From assembly GCA_021324535.1 (NCBI GenBank), contig JAJPIU010000106.1, forward strand, positions 3,961-67,960: a DNA stretch of 64,000 nt. Direction: 5' to 3'. The position numbers were made by a program, and so were the translations under genes. Numbering within the stretch: the first letter of the stretch is position 1; each line of letters starts with the position of its first letter. The DNA comes from Pseudomonadota bacterium. Lineage in GTDB: Bacteria > Chloroflexota > Ktedonobacteria > Ktedonobacterales > JADMIN01. Below the pieces are notes generated by a model that made no database searches, was not told where the DNA came from, and saw only the letters and a list, made by a program, of their open reading frames with translations. Shown piece after piece: positions 1 to 9,963 of the stretch.

Positions 1-546
1 CAGGGAACGGTACGCAAAGAACAGCGGAAGAACGGCGAGAACAAGCATGGCGTCGCCCGGTTGCCATCTCCAGGCGCTATAGAGCGCAACTCCAAGCGTG
101 CAGAGTTCAAGCGCGGTATAGAACCAGGGCGGCGCAAAGGGCAGCATGTGGCCGATGGAGAGCGCCACAAATCCCATCCCTGCGGGGAAAAACGGATCGC
201 TCATAGGCAGCCACAGACTCTGGAACCAGGCGCGCGGGTTGTTGATCAGAAACGGCAGGTTCGGAAGCACAAACGCGCCAAGCGCAAGGATAGCCCAAGA
301 CGTTGTCAGGAGTATTCCGCGCTGCCTGAGGATGTCGAGTACGAAGAAGGGGACGAAAAACCAGCCATACTGCTTGTACGCGCACGCCAGGCCAAGCAAC
401 ACCGCGCAGACAGGCAGCCTGCGTCGCCAATGCCAGGCGGCCAGCGTCAGTGCGACGCAGATCACGGCGTTGTCGTTAATCAGCGACGCGGCGACAGTGG
501 GCATGCCTGCCAGCGCAGCCAGCGCCCCCCAGTGACGCCATCCCAC
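1..546 (-). CDS. Polytopic integral membrane protein, 5' part only (gene continues past the left edge)
   Basis: Own translation of the minus strand; it is not in the ORF track because no stop lies inside the window. Sequence: ...VGWRHWGALAALAGMPTVAASLINDNAVICVALTLAAWHW...FVLPNLPFLINNPRAWFQSLWLPMSDPFFPAGMGFVALSIGHMLPF...LVLAVLPLFFAYRSL. It has several hydrophobic helices and G/C-rich third positions. The start is uncertain: GTG at 546, ATG at 504, or further upstream in another frame (see finding). Confidence 0.45.
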   Translation of the reverse strand, partial: MGWRHWGALAALAGMPTVAASLINDNAVICVALTLAAWHWRRRLPVCAVLLGLACAYKQYGWFFVPFFVLDILRQRGILLTTSWAILALGAFVLPNLPFLINNPRAWFQSLWLPMSDPFFPAGMGFVALSIGHMLPFAPPWFYTALELCTLGVALYSAWRWQPGDAMLVLAVLPLFFAYRSL

Positions 547-814
547 CGGAGCTAGCCAGACCAGCCAGGCGAAGAGATATTGACCAGCAGAATGTTGGGA
601 ACGCCCAGCCAGAGGGCAAGCGCGTAGATGAGAAACGAGAGCGCGGGATAACTGTGCAGCGTGCGTGGGTCAAACGCGCCCACAAGCTGCCCTGGCGCTC
701 TGCGGCGACTGGGCGGCTATGTCCTTGCGCGTAGCCACGGGTTTGTCCTCAACCGTCAGAAGTAAGTACATTTGCCTATCTGACAAGAAGGGATGCGCAA
801 GAATAGCGCCAGTC

Positions 815-1768
815 TCACTGGCGGTCGCCGTTGGCCGGTTCCGTATCGAGCAGCGTCAGAAAGGTGTTGAGCGCCTGGCTGGTTGGCCGTTCGGGCGCTT
901 GCACACGCCAGAGCGTGCGGCGTATCGTCAGTTCGGGTACATCGAGCGTTACGAGTCGCCCCAGCGCAAGCTCGGCGGAGATCGCGTGGCGCGAGATGAT
1001 AGCCAATCCCAGCCCTGCCCCCACCATCTGCTTGATGCCCTCGGCGTTGCTCACCTCCATCGCCACACGCAGCGTAATTCCCCGATTGGCGAGGTGATCG
1101 TCAATAATCTCGCGTGCGCCTGAGCCTGGCTCGCGTTGAATGAATGGCTCCGCGATGACATCCGCAAGGAAACGCTGCCTTATCTCAGTGGTGGGGACAC
1201 CTGCCCGACCGGAGCGCCGATTGGCCTGAGCCAACGCCAGCGGGTGATTCGCAGCCGCAATCACAACAAGCGTATCTTCCTGCCAGCGCGTCGCCGCGAT
1301 CTCCGTGTTCTCAACCACCCCTTCGACAAACGCACAATCGAGCGGGCTGCTGAGCAGGCGCTCAATCACCTCGCGGGTGGTTCCAATATCCAGGAACAGT
1401 TGAATATTCGGGTGGTCGCGATGAAACCTCCCCAGCAGATGAGGCAGCAGATAGACACCAATTGTTGCGCTTGCGCCAATGGAGAGGCGCCCGCGTTCGA
1501 GGTGGCGAAACTGTTCGAGGGCGATGCGTGCGGCGTCTTCGGCGGCGAAGATGCGCTGGGCGTAGTGAAAGAGCGTCTGTCCAACCTCGGTCAGTTGAAT
1601 GGCGCCGCGTGTGCGGTCGAAGAGCGTCATACCAAGTTCGTGTTCGAGTTCGCGCACACTCTTTGAGACGGCGGGCTGCGTGATGTCTAGTTCCAACGCC
1701 GCGCGGCTAAAGCTCTTCATGCGGGCCACCATCTCAAACGCGCGCAGATGATTGAGGTTCATAACCAA
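815..1768 (-). CDS. LysR-family transcriptional regulator
   Basis: 317 aa. The N-terminal wHTH is LNHLRAFEMVARMKSFSRAALELDITQPAVSKSVRELEHELGMTLFDR, followed by a LysR substrate-binding-type region. It is divergent from the DUF1634/TauE pair. Confidence 0.9.
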   Translation of the reverse strand: MVMNLNHLRAFEMVARMKSFSRAALELDITQPAVSKSVRELEHELGMTLFDRTRGAIQLTEVGQTLFHYAQRIFAAEDAARIALEQFRHLERGRLSIGASATIGVYLLPHLLGRFHRDHPNIQLFLDIGTTREVIERLLSSPLDCAFVEGVVENTEIAATRWQEDTLVVIAAANHPLALAQANRRSGRAGVPTTEIRQRFLADVIAEPFIQREPGSGAREIIDDHLANRGITLRVAMEVSNAEGIKQMVGAGLGLAIISRHAISAELALGRLVTLDVPELTIRRTLWRVQAPERPTSQALNTFLTLLDTEPANGDRQ

Positions 1769-1963
1769 TCCTCATAGATAAATAAAATGTATGTGTTGCG
1801 ATTATAGAACTGGAGCGGTATGCTAGGACAGAGCGTGACCGCGCATGGAAGCTCATGAGGGCTTCGCGCCGATATATAGCTGTTATGTCGCTGCTCTGTT
1901 CGCTTATCGTGACGAGCGAACGCCTGAGAATGCGCATCGCATAGGCAAAAGGATGGAGGCAGC

Positions 1964-2356
1964 ATGGCGCAGAGGCCAGAGAACAACGACGCGCTGGTAC
2001 GCCAGGCGGAGGTGGTGATCAGCTTTATTTTGCGCGCCGGTGTCGTCGTCAGTGGCGTCATCATCGCGCTTGGCTCTCTGCTCTACTTCATTGAAGCCGC
2101 ACGCCAGCCACACGGCCCACACGCCACATCGCATGAGCTGACCGCCATCGGCGGCATTGCGCATGCGCTATTGACCGGCGATCCGCTGGCGATCATTATG
2201 CTTGGGCTGATACTCCTCCTGCTGACGCCTGTCCTCCGTGTGATCGTCTCGATTGGCGCGTTCGCGCTCGAACGTGACTGGCGTTACGTGGCGATCACGT
2301 CACTTGTGCTGATCATCCTCATCATCAGCTTCCTGCTGGGCAAAGGAGGCGCCTGA
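1964..2356 (+). CDS. Small membrane protein, DUF1634-like
   Basis: 130 aa with 3-4 hydrophobic helices. It lies immediately upstream (3-nt gap) of a TauE/SafE permease, which is the usual DUF1634 pairing. Confidence 0.7.
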   Translation: MAQRPENNDALVRQAEVVISFILRAGVVVSGVIIALGSLLYFIEAARQPHGPHATSHELTAIGGIAHALLTGDPLAIIMLGLILLLLTPVLRVIVSIGAFALERDWRYVAITSLVLIILIISFLLGKGGA

Positions 2357-2359
2357 TTT

Positions 2360-3232
2360 ATGGTTGGGGCGCTGAGTGGATTGAATGAACATCAGGTGTT
2401 GTTCTTTGCCCTGGTATTTCTCGCGGGGCTGGTGGCCGGGCTGGTTGGGGCGCTGGTAGGCCTGGGCGGCGGCGTCTTTGTCGTGCCGATCCTGACGCTG
2501 GCGTTTGGCCTGCCCTTTCCGGTGGCGGCGGGCGCCTCGATTGTCTCGGTGATCGCCACATCGAGCGGCGCCGCTGCCGCCTATGTGCGCGACCACATCA
2601 CCAATCTGCGTGTCGGGATGTTTCTTGAGATTGCCACAACGATTGGGGCGCTCTGTGGGGCGACGCTTGTCGCGTTTCTGCCGACTGGTGTGTTGTTTCT
2701 GATGTTTGGCGCCGTGCTGCTGGTGTCGGGCGTCCCGCTGATCGTCAAGCATGCGGAAGAACTGCCAGTGGGCGTGCGCAACGACAGGCTCGCCACGACG
2801 CTCGCGCTGGCAGGATCGTATCCCGACGCGCAGTTGGGGAAAGAAGTACACTATCAGGTGACGCGCACCCCGTTGGGCTTCGCAATGATGTACCTGGCGG
2901 GCTTGATCTCCGGTCTGCTGGGGATTGGCAGCGGCGTCTTCAAGGTGCTGGCGCTCGATACGGCGATGCGCCTTCCGATGAAGGTCTCGACAACCACCAG
3001 CAACTTTATGATAGGTGTTACAGCGGCGGCCAGTGTCGGCGTCTATCTCGCGCGGGGGCAGATCGATCCGCTGGTGGCGGCGCCCGTCGCCCTGGGGGTG
3101 ACGCTGGGCGCGGCGCTTGGAGCCAAGACGCTGACGCGCCTCACGAACACAGCGATCCGTCGTATATTCGTTGTCGTGTTGCTGCTCGCCGCAGTAGAGA
3201 TGTTCCTGCATGGGCTGGGCGTAAAGTTGTAG
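2360..3232 (+). CDS. TauE/SafE-family anion (sulfite/organosulfonate) exporter
   Basis: 290 aa, polytopic and glycine-rich, with a duplicated 4-TM architecture (LVGALVGLGGGVFVVPIL ... LLGIGSGVFKVLAL) typical of TauE/SafE. Confidence 0.85.
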   Translation: MVGALSGLNEHQVLFFALVFLAGLVAGLVGALVGLGGGVFVVPILTLAFGLPFPVAAGASIVSVIATSSGAAAAYVRDHITNLRVGMFLEIATTIGALCGATLVAFLPTGVLFLMFGAVLLVSGVPLIVKHAEELPVGVRNDRLATTLALAGSYPDAQLGKEVHYQVTRTPLGFAMMYLAGLISGLLGIGSGVFKVLALDTAMRLPMKVSTTTSNFMIGVTAAASVGVYLARGQIDPLVAAPVALGVTLGAALGAKTLTRLTNTAIRRIFVVVLLLAAVEMFLHGLGVKL

Positions 3233-3470
3233 TCGTTCGGCGCCCGGCTCTCATACAGCGGCGCCACGCCACTTTCCTCCGTCTATCTCCTGTCTAGCCT
3301 CCGTCACGGCTATACGGCTTTCCCACTGGGCGCATTCGTGGTACACTGCCACACAGACGCAGACGCCTCTCGCATCACTTCTGTACAATCAGTACAAGAT
3401 GAAACGCCTACGATGGGGAAACGGGCGCGGTGTCTGGCGAGCAGGTTGGGGAAGACGAGGGTGGGTACGC

Positions 3471-5036
3471 ATGGCGGTCAGAATGGGCGAACTGGACGCC
3501 CGACAACTTGAGCGGGTGCGCGCGGAACTGGGAGAACTCATCCTGGGGCGGCTGGCGTATCCGCCGTTTTTCGACTTCCGCGCCAATCAACTGCGCATGC
3601 GCCCGCTCGACCAGGCCAAGCGCGATGAGGTTGCCCTGTTCGTCAACTCCATCAATTTCTCCCCGCTCGATTATACCGACGTCTCCTCCGCCGAGGTACG
3701 ACGATTCATCGAGCGGGCGCTGCTGCGCTATACCGAGATCAATCCCGCGCTGACGCAGGCCCACCAGGCGCGCCGGGCAACCGAGCTACGCGCGGCGATT
3801 CCGCAGCTTGCAGCGGAGTTTCAGCGCAGCATGCAGGCGTTTCTCAATGGCGCGGCTCCCTCGTTTGGCGGGCGTCGCCCCACACCGCTCTGGTCAACCG
3901 CCGTCGCGAACGATTCCCGCTTGCCGCCGGAAGAGCGGGTACACAATACCCGTGTGCTCGAAGCGATCCTCCTGCGGATGGATTCGCCTTCTGGCGCGCT
4001 GACGACCACGCCGGTCGCCGCTGCGGTAGGGATGAATTCTGGCGGACTGGCCTCTGCGGTTCCCACGCATGCACAGCATGGCGCGCTCCATGAGGCGTTG
4101 GCGCCGTTTGCCCGGCCAGACGCCAGCCAGCCGCCGGGAGTCGGGCGCGTGGTCAACGCCGCGCCTGCCCATGCTACGGCGGCCACGGGGGGCGCTCAGC
4201 CGATCTCCTCGTTGCCCACCGCGCCGCCAGCCATGCCAGCGCCACTGGCGCCGCTTCCCGATCAACCCACTGGCCCGCTACGCTCCGTTCGTCCAGGGGC
4301 GTCCGATGATTCATGGCTGCTGCAATCGGGGGCAGATCGCCGGGCGAACCACGCGCGGCAAGGGCAGAACGGCAACGGACGCGAACTGCCGTCCGATCTC
4401 TATCACCTCTATAGCGATTACCTGCTGGATATGCAGCCCGACGCGCCGCTCGTCGAATCACCTCTGGCGCCGAATCTGCCGCAGTTCCCACCGACCTCCG
4501 CCGGACGCATGGGAGCCGCAAGTCCGGCGCGCGAGGAGAGCGAGACGCCACCGCCTTTCTGGCGCGTTGGCGCGGGGTCTATGCCGCCAGCGAATCCTGC
4601 CCAGCAACCCACATCGGCGAAGCCTGCGTCTGGCGCGCTGCATACGCCTGTTGCGCCCGCTCAGCCTCCTGCGCCAGCGCCTCGTACAGCTCCCCAACCG
4701 CCTCCACCGATGTCGGCGCCCCAGGCGGCGCCCGCGCGAGACGCCGAGGCGGCGCGCAACGATCAGTTGATCTTCTGGCAACTGCGCTATCAGCTCGAGG
4801 CGTATGTGCGGCGGGCGGCGCATAGCTATGGCGTACAGCATGGTGGCGATGACCCGGCGAGCGTGCTCGATGCGTTGCGGCGCTCAGGCTTTGTGGATGA
4901 GGCCGACCTGCGTATCGCCGAGGGGATCTTTGCGCTGACCGACCGCGTGACAGCGCGCGGCTACGCCCGCATAGATGACTACCAGGAGGCGCTGATGCTC
5001 TACCTGCTCTATCATCGCAGCCATCTACGCAACTAA
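3471..5036 (+). CDS. Hypothetical protein with a Pro/Ala-rich centre and a conserved-looking C-terminal helical domain
   Basis: Track ORF 3399..5036. The first 24 codons (MKRLRWGNGRGVWRAGWGRRGWVR) look like non-coding read-through, so the start is re-set to ATG 3471 (or 3483). An extended -10 (TGTACAAT) lies near 3383-3390. I recognise no family. Confidence 0.5.
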   Translation: MAVRMGELDARQLERVRAELGELILGRLAYPPFFDFRANQLRMRPLDQAKRDEVALFVNSINFSPLDYTDVSSAEVRRFIERALLRYTEINPALTQAHQARRATELRAAIPQLAAEFQRSMQAFLNGAAPSFGGRRPTPLWSTAVANDSRLPPEERVHNTRVLEAILLRMDSPSGALTTTPVAAAVGMNSGGLASAVPTHAQHGALHEALAPFARPDASQPPGVGRVVNAAPAHATAATGGAQPISSLPTAPPAMPAPLAPLPDQPTGPLRSVRPGASDDSWLLQSGADRRANHARQGQNGNGRELPSDLYHLYSDYLLDMQPDAPLVESPLAPNLPQFPPTSAGRMGAASPAREESETPPPFWRVGAGSMPPANPAQQPTSAKPASGALHTPVAPAQPPAPAPRTAPQPPPPMSAPQAAPARDAEAARNDQLIFWQLRYQLEAYVRRAAHSYGVQHGGDDPASVLDALRRSGFVDEADLRIAEGIFALTDRVTARGYARIDDYQEALMLYLLYHRSHLRN

Positions 5037-5110
5037 GCAGGCAGATCATCCTCACCATCGCGAATGACACCCGATGAAACCCGAGGAAACCCGAGGTAGC
5101 CCATCAACGT

Positions 5111-5614
5111 ATGTTAGAGCAGCCAGAGATGACCACCCCAACCGGCCAGCGGTTGATCCTGCGGACGGATGGCGCCTCGCGCGGCAATCCGGGGCATGCT
5201 GCGGCTGGTGTGGTGATCGAGCGCACAGATGGTTCATCACTTGCCCAGGGCAAGCTCTATCTCGGCGTGCTGACGAATAATCAGGCGGAGTACCGCGCGC
5301 TGATTCTTGGTCTGAAGGCCGTCGCGCGCTATGCGCCATCTGCGGTGGCCGTCTATATGGATAGCGAACTGGTGGTACGCCAGATGACCGGCGCCTATAA
5401 GGTGAAAGATGGGGCGTTGCGCCCGCTGTATGATGAGGCGCGCGCATTGGTCGCGGAGCTGCCCAACGTCACCTTTACCCATGTGCTGCGCGGCAAGAAC
5501 GCTCTGGCCGACCGGCTGGCCAACGAGGCGCTCGACGCGCACGCCAGGCAGGCGGCGCAGACCAGACAGACCAGACAGACCAGACAGAGCAGACAGACCG
5601 GCCAGAACGACTAG
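5111..5614 (+). CDS. Ribonuclease H (RNase HI-like, type 1 fold)
   Basis: 167 aa. LILRTDGASRGNPGHAAAGVVI...NNQAEYRALILGLKAV...VYMDSELVVRQMTGAYKVK...NALADRLANEAL carries the D-E-D-D carboxylate pattern of RNase H. The C-terminus is a QTR repeat tail. Confidence 0.8.
   Translation: MLEQPEMTTPTGQRLILRTDGASRGNPGHAAAGVVIERTDGSSLAQGKLYLGVLTNNQAEYRALILGLKAVARYAPSAVAVYMDSELVVRQMTGAYKVKDGALRPLYDEARALVAELPNVTFTHVLRGKNALADRLANEALDAHARQAAQTRQTRQTRQSRQTGQND
5558..5602 (+). repeat. In-frame 9-bp tandem repeat (cagaccaga x3 plus 2 degenerate units)
   Basis: The units cagaccaga|cagaccaga|cagaccaga|cagagcaga|cagaccggc encode QTRQTRQTRQSRQTG at the RNase H C-terminus. Confidence 0.85.
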
Positions 5615-5769
5615 CAGCTAGACAGACGACCAGGCGGTCGTCTATCCTATGGCTATACCACGGCAAGATGGGGAGATTGGACGCAGGCTGAGGTTCCAGG
5701 CGCGCCCTATTTGGGCGACAGCCTCAGCGAGTGCGAATCCGTTGGAAAGCTGACGTGGAGGAGATGGCA

Positions 5770-7017
5770 ATGGCCTACGACATGGGAGCTGGCGACTCTA
5801 CCCGACAGCCGCAGGCGCCTCGTATTGGTAGGCAGACCAACAACTATGCGCAACCGAGCGATCCCACCCAGCCTGCCCGTACACGGGCCGCCGCTCCGGC
5901 CATCTGGCCCACCCCTGCGAAGACAAAGGAACGACGCTCAGGCGCGCGTTCTCCCCATGGGCCACAGAAACCACAGGGGCGCTTCTGGCGCGTCATGCGC
6001 TGGTTGGGGATCATCTCCGCAGTTATCATCATAGTGTGCGGGGCGGGCGCAGGCATTGCCTACTGGCGATTGAGCGCCACCGTGACAAATTATCCCGGCT
6101 CACACTTCAACCAGGGGCATAACGCCGTCTGGCTGGAACACGAATGGGCCGGGCAGGCGCATACCGACGCCGACTACGATGCGCTTGCGCAGCGGTTGCA
6201 GGCCGAGCAGATCACCTATGTCTTTGCGCATGTCGGCCCATTGCAAAGCGACGGAACCATCCCTGATAGCCTGGCGCCCAATGCCCAGACCTTCGCCAGC
6301 GCCATGCACACGCGCCTGCCGGGACTACGCATCCTCGCCTGGGTGGGGCAACTTGAAGCGGCAAGTGGCCAACCAGCCGATCAGGTGGTTGACCTGAGCC
6401 AGCCCCAGGTACGCCAGCAGATCGCCCAGACGGCGGCCCACTTCGTTACCGCCGATGGCTTCGACGGTGTGCATTACGACATCGAGCCAATCACCAACAA
6501 TAGTATCGCCTTCATCGAATTGCTCGATGAGACACACGCGTTGCTTCCATCGGGCGCCATCCTCTCGGTCTCCGGCGAAAAATGGGCGCCAAGCGCGCGT
6601 GTCGCCTCGCTGTTTTATCAGCAGGGGCGCGCGGGCGAATGGTGGACATCGTACTACTATGCCGAGGTCGCCGCGCATGTTGACCAGATCGCCGTCATGA
6701 GCTATGACACCGGCATGCCGACGAGCAGCCTCTATCAACTCTTCGTCAAGCAGGAGACGCAACACATTCTTGACGCCGCCCGCTCGGCGCGCCGTCCGCC
6801 GCAGGTCTTGATCGGCGCGCCAACGTATGAAGGCAATGACGCCTGGTTCCATTCCTCCGCCGAAAATATGCAGAGCGCGCTGCTCGGCGTGACGGCTGGC
6901 CTCAATAGTGGCGCCCAGACGCAGCCATTTGTTGGGGTGGCTATCTACCGTTACGGCGTGACGAGCAACTCCTCCTGGGCGACCTATGATCACCTCTGGC
7001 TGGGGAAGAACACATAG
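5770..7017 (+). CDS. Membrane-anchored glycoside-hydrolase-18-like TIM-barrel protein
   Basis: Start re-set to the ATG 6 nt after GGAGGAG. It has a disordered N-terminus and one TM helix (WLGIISAVIIIVCGAGAGIAYW). The segment ADGFDGVHYDIEP resembles the GH18 DGxDxDxE motif, but with H in place of the middle D. Confidence 0.55.
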   Translation: MAYDMGAGDSTRQPQAPRIGRQTNNYAQPSDPTQPARTRAAAPAIWPTPAKTKERRSGARSPHGPQKPQGRFWRVMRWLGIISAVIIIVCGAGAGIAYWRLSATVTNYPGSHFNQGHNAVWLEHEWAGQAHTDADYDALAQRLQAEQITYVFAHVGPLQSDGTIPDSLAPNAQTFASAMHTRLPGLRILAWVGQLEAASGQPADQVVDLSQPQVRQQIAQTAAHFVTADGFDGVHYDIEPITNNSIAFIELLDETHALLPSGAILSVSGEKWAPSARVASLFYQQGRAGEWWTSYYYAEVAAHVDQIAVMSYDTGMPTSSLYQLFVKQETQHILDAARSARRPPQVLIGAPTYEGNDAWFHSSAENMQSALLGVTAGLNSGAQTQPFVGVAIYRYGVTSNSSWATYDHLWLGKNT

Positions 7018-7339
7018 GGGCAGGCGGGCGAGCGCGTGAACGCGGGCGGAAGAGTATAGGGCAAGCGGGAGTGCGCGCATGGCGGCGTGGGAGCGGGCGT
7101 GTAAACGCGCGCCTCGAGGCTGCCAGGCGCCAAGGCCGCCTAGAGAGCGGACAGTGCGGCCTCACTCCCTGCTGAGCGGGATCGCTGACGGATAGGCGCA
7201 CAATCAGACAAGCAACAGGCGCCCAATGCGTAGCGCCGCGCTCCAGGGCGGCGCGTGTCCCTTGCCCTGCCCGTGCGCCATCGCCATACGCTCCCATCTT
7301 TTGATGTAGAACCCGTCGCTGCGTGAGATGCTCATCAGA

Positions 7340-8560
7340 CTATTCGTCTTCGTCCCAGTGCGCGGGAGGAGCCAGCCCTGCGTCATCGTCGGACACATCA
7401 TCGTGTGTATGTTCGCCGGAATTGGCGAAGCGGCCCTCAAGCTCTGGCAGGTGCGAGGTGACACGCAAGACCGTTGACTGCATCTCAAACTCGTGCTCTT
7501 CCGAAGCTGGCTGGTCAGATTGATCTGGCTGGCTGGGCTGGGCTGGCTCCGGCGCGCTATCTATTGGGGCAAGCTGGGGCAGGGGCGCCACCGGGCGGGG
7601 AGCCTGACGGGGCAATATCCAGCCGCCAGGCGTCATGGGCGGCTGGGCGGGTGATTGTTCCCGGCTCCAGCGAAGCGCCTGGGCAAACTCGGTCGCGTCG
7701 GCGAACCGTTCGTCAGGCTCACGCCGCAACGCCAGCAAGACCACCTCCTGCACAGGCAGGGGAATATCGCGCCGGTACGCGGTGAGCGGCGGCGGATCGG
7801 CCACCATGCGACGCGAGGCTGCGGCCAGCGGCGTATCGGCCTCGAAGGGTAGTCGCCCTGTCAGCAGCTCGAAGAGCACGACGCCAAGCGAATAGAGATC
7901 AGAAAGTGGACCACCTGGCTCGCCAAGCACCTGCTCCGGGGAGAGGTAATCGGGCGTGCCGATCACTTGGCCGGTGGCCGTCAATGTGGTAAGGTCAACG
8001 CCCACCTGTCGCGCAATGCCAAAGTCGGTCAGCTTGGCCAACAACTCCATGCGCGCATCGAGGATCATCACATTCTGCGGCTTCACATCGCGGTGGACGA
8101 TGCCTGTGGAATGGGCTGCGGCCAGCGCCGCGCAGAGTTGCTCGCCGATCTGCCAGACCCACGAAAACGGCAACGGCCCCAGCCGACGCACAAGCTCCTT
8201 GAGTGTGGCCCCAAAGACATACTCCATCGCCAGATAGGGAACCGGTTTATCGGGGTCTTCCGACCAGGGAACGCGCGTGTTGGTCGGTGGGGGATAGGTG
8301 TAGCCGTAATCGAGCACGCGCACGATGTTCGGGTGGGTCAGCGTGGAAGCCATCCGCGCCTCGCGCCTGAAGCGTTCAGCCGCCTCCGGGACGAGTGGCC
8401 CGTTGGTGCGCAGCACCTTCAGCGCGACGATATGCTCAGTGCGCAGGTCAACACAGCGATAGACAACCGCCGTACCGCCAATGCCTACCCGCGCCAGCGC
8501 GCGGTAGCGTTCGGCCAGCGGCGCCACACCACTGCCACTTGCGTTTGCTGCTGCTGTCAT
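7340..8560 (-). CDS. Ser/Thr protein kinase (Hanks type)
   Basis: 406 aa. Motifs: GIGGTAVVYRC...VALKVL, HRDVKPQNVMI, DFGIAR, GTPDYLSPEQ. AGGAGG lies 2-3 nt before the ATG. The C-terminus is Pro-rich and acidic. Confidence 0.9.
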   Translation of the reverse strand: MTAAANASGSGVAPLAERYRALARVGIGGTAVVYRCVDLRTEHIVALKVLRTNGPLVPEAAERFRREARMASTLTHPNIVRVLDYGYTYPPPTNTRVPWSEDPDKPVPYLAMEYVFGATLKELVRRLGPLPFSWVWQIGEQLCAALAAAHSTGIVHRDVKPQNVMILDARMELLAKLTDFGIARQVGVDLTTLTATGQVIGTPDYLSPEQVLGEPGGPLSDLYSLGVVLFELLTGRLPFEADTPLAAASRRMVADPPPLTAYRRDIPLPVQEVVLLALRREPDERFADATEFAQALRWSREQSPAQPPMTPGGWILPRQAPRPVAPLPQLAPIDSAPEPAQPSQPDQSDQPASEEHEFEMQSTVLRVTSHLPELEGRFANSGEHTHDDVSDDDAGLAPPAHWDEDE

Positions 8561-8623
8561 GACTCCTCCTAGAGATCTGTCCTAAACTTTCGCGTGAGCC
8601 AATCAAAGAAGGCGCGTTGATCG

Positions 8624-8960
8624 TCAAGCGTTGAGCATAGGTAGCCGCTTTTGGACATGGGTAGCAGAGACGATAAGCGTTACCCGGAGAGCGCGTTTGC
8701 CGCGAAGGGCAGAAAGAAGTGATGCGCCTATCTCTCTGGCGATGGGGGAGGGAGCGCATTGCCAATCTGGCGATATGCGGCGGTTTTTCCACCACTGAAC
8801 GTCCACTCATCAGGGAAGCCCTGAAGGCGCGCGGTCATTCGCAAGGTCAGGCGCAGGCGGCTTTATCGTTATCCACAGCGCCAACCGTAGCGAATCCTGC
8901 TTGCTCAAGGCCAAGCGCCTCACCACCTCCGCTTGAGCACAGAACAAGCGCCGTCAACAT
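8624..8960 (-). pseudogene. Remnant of a DNA (cytosine-5) methyltransferase, internally deleted and frameshifted
   Basis: Three minus-strand frames read in turn. (1) 8960->8850: MLTALVLCSSGGGEALGLEQAGFATVGAVDNDKAACA* (motif I region). (2) 8850->8731: LTLRMTARLQGFPDEWTFSGGKTAAYRQIGNALPPP (motifs IX-X). (3) a third frame: PIAREIGASLLSALRGK. The catalytic PC motif, ENV motif and target-recognition domain are all missing. Confidence 0.7.
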
Positions 8961-9558
8961 GCCATCGCCTCGTTCCAAGATCACTGCTCCCTCTTCTATA
9001 AGTATACTATATCTGACTATACATGGCTCGCTTCTCATTTGACCCATGTCCAGCCCTCATCTCTGTCCCCAATTGGGCTATCTCTACATTGGCGCAAGGG
9101 CGCCGTACCTTTTCGTGCGTCGGCTAATATTTTCGGCGTTTCAGCGATCAGCGCAGGGTGTGTGCCCCTCTGTAGGGGGCGAGTATAGGACTTTTGTCGC
9201 CCTGTGTGCTATACTTGCAACGAACTGAGAAGGTACCGTTGGGTCGGCAAGAATCAGACATGGGCAAAGAAGCAGCGACAGCAGAAGCGTGATGTCCACA
9301 GCGCCATCCAGTGCTTATGCGCAGGCGACGCCTGGTTTGCTCGAAAAGTAAGCGTCCTGCGTATTGGCGCCGAATTTGCGACGCCTATTCTGCGATTCGC
9401 TTACCATGCGCCTGGAAGCTGTCAGGTCGGAGCAAACGCGACAATTAACGTGTCAAACGGCAGAAGAGGGGACAGACGCATCTCTCATATTCGTTGGATC
9501 GCGTGCGGGCGCATGCCAGCGGTGGCCAGAGAGCGAGACGGCGAGAACAGGAGGCGAT

Positions 9559-9963
9559 ATGGGACGCGAAAAGACGGCGTCGGGGAGTTTAGCACGAAGG
9601 AAACGAAAGAAAACCATGACTAGCTTACGAGGAATGCTTTCGCTCATGGCAGGCGCGCACGGGGATAAGCCACCGTATCATTCGCCCGACGCCTGGCAGT
9701 TTACATCCGCCAACGCCGATGAAGATGAACATGATACCCATGGCGAGAGCGCCCATAACGATGCAGGTACGAGAGACCTTGCAGATGGCGCAAGCATTGA
9801 GATGACCCATGAGCGCGCTCGTGAACTGTTGCTCAGGCAATCGGGGGAATTGCTACCCGCCGCCGAAGCCAATGCGCTCGCCGATCATTTGCTGACGTGC
9901 GACGCCTGCTACCGCTTCGCGCAGGATGTCGCCGCGCGCCAACACCGCCAACCCACCCCCTGA
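9559..9963 (+). CDS. Small acidic protein with a C-terminal zf-HC2-like motif
   Basis: AGGAGG (9549-9554) lies 4 nt before ATG 9559. It is 134 aa and ends ...ANALADHLLTCDACYRFAQD (H-x3-C-x2-C, as in anti-sigma zinc fingers). There is no TM segment and no adjacent sigma gene. Confidence 0.45.
   Translation: MGREKTASGSLARRKRKKTMTSLRGMLSLMAGAHGDKPPYHSPDAWQFTSANADEDEHDTHGESAHNDAGTRDLADGASIEMTHERARELLLRQSGELLPAAEANALADHLLTCDACYRFAQDVAARQHRQPTP

Noticed and set aside
2300-3211. 303-aa minus-strand ORF antisense to the TauE/SafE gene
   Set aside because: The translation is Arg/His/Gln/Gly-rich with no motifs. It is fully nested opposite a well-supported permease gene, which is a typical shadow ORF of GC-rich coding DNA.
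8448-9623. Track ORFs 8448..8810(-), 8719..9042(+), 9204..9623(+) as real genes
   Set aside because: The translations are compositionally odd (Cys/Arg/Ser-rich) and overlap the methyltransferase relic. Only the relic frames and the 9559..9963 ORF, which has a perfect AGGAGG, are supportable.
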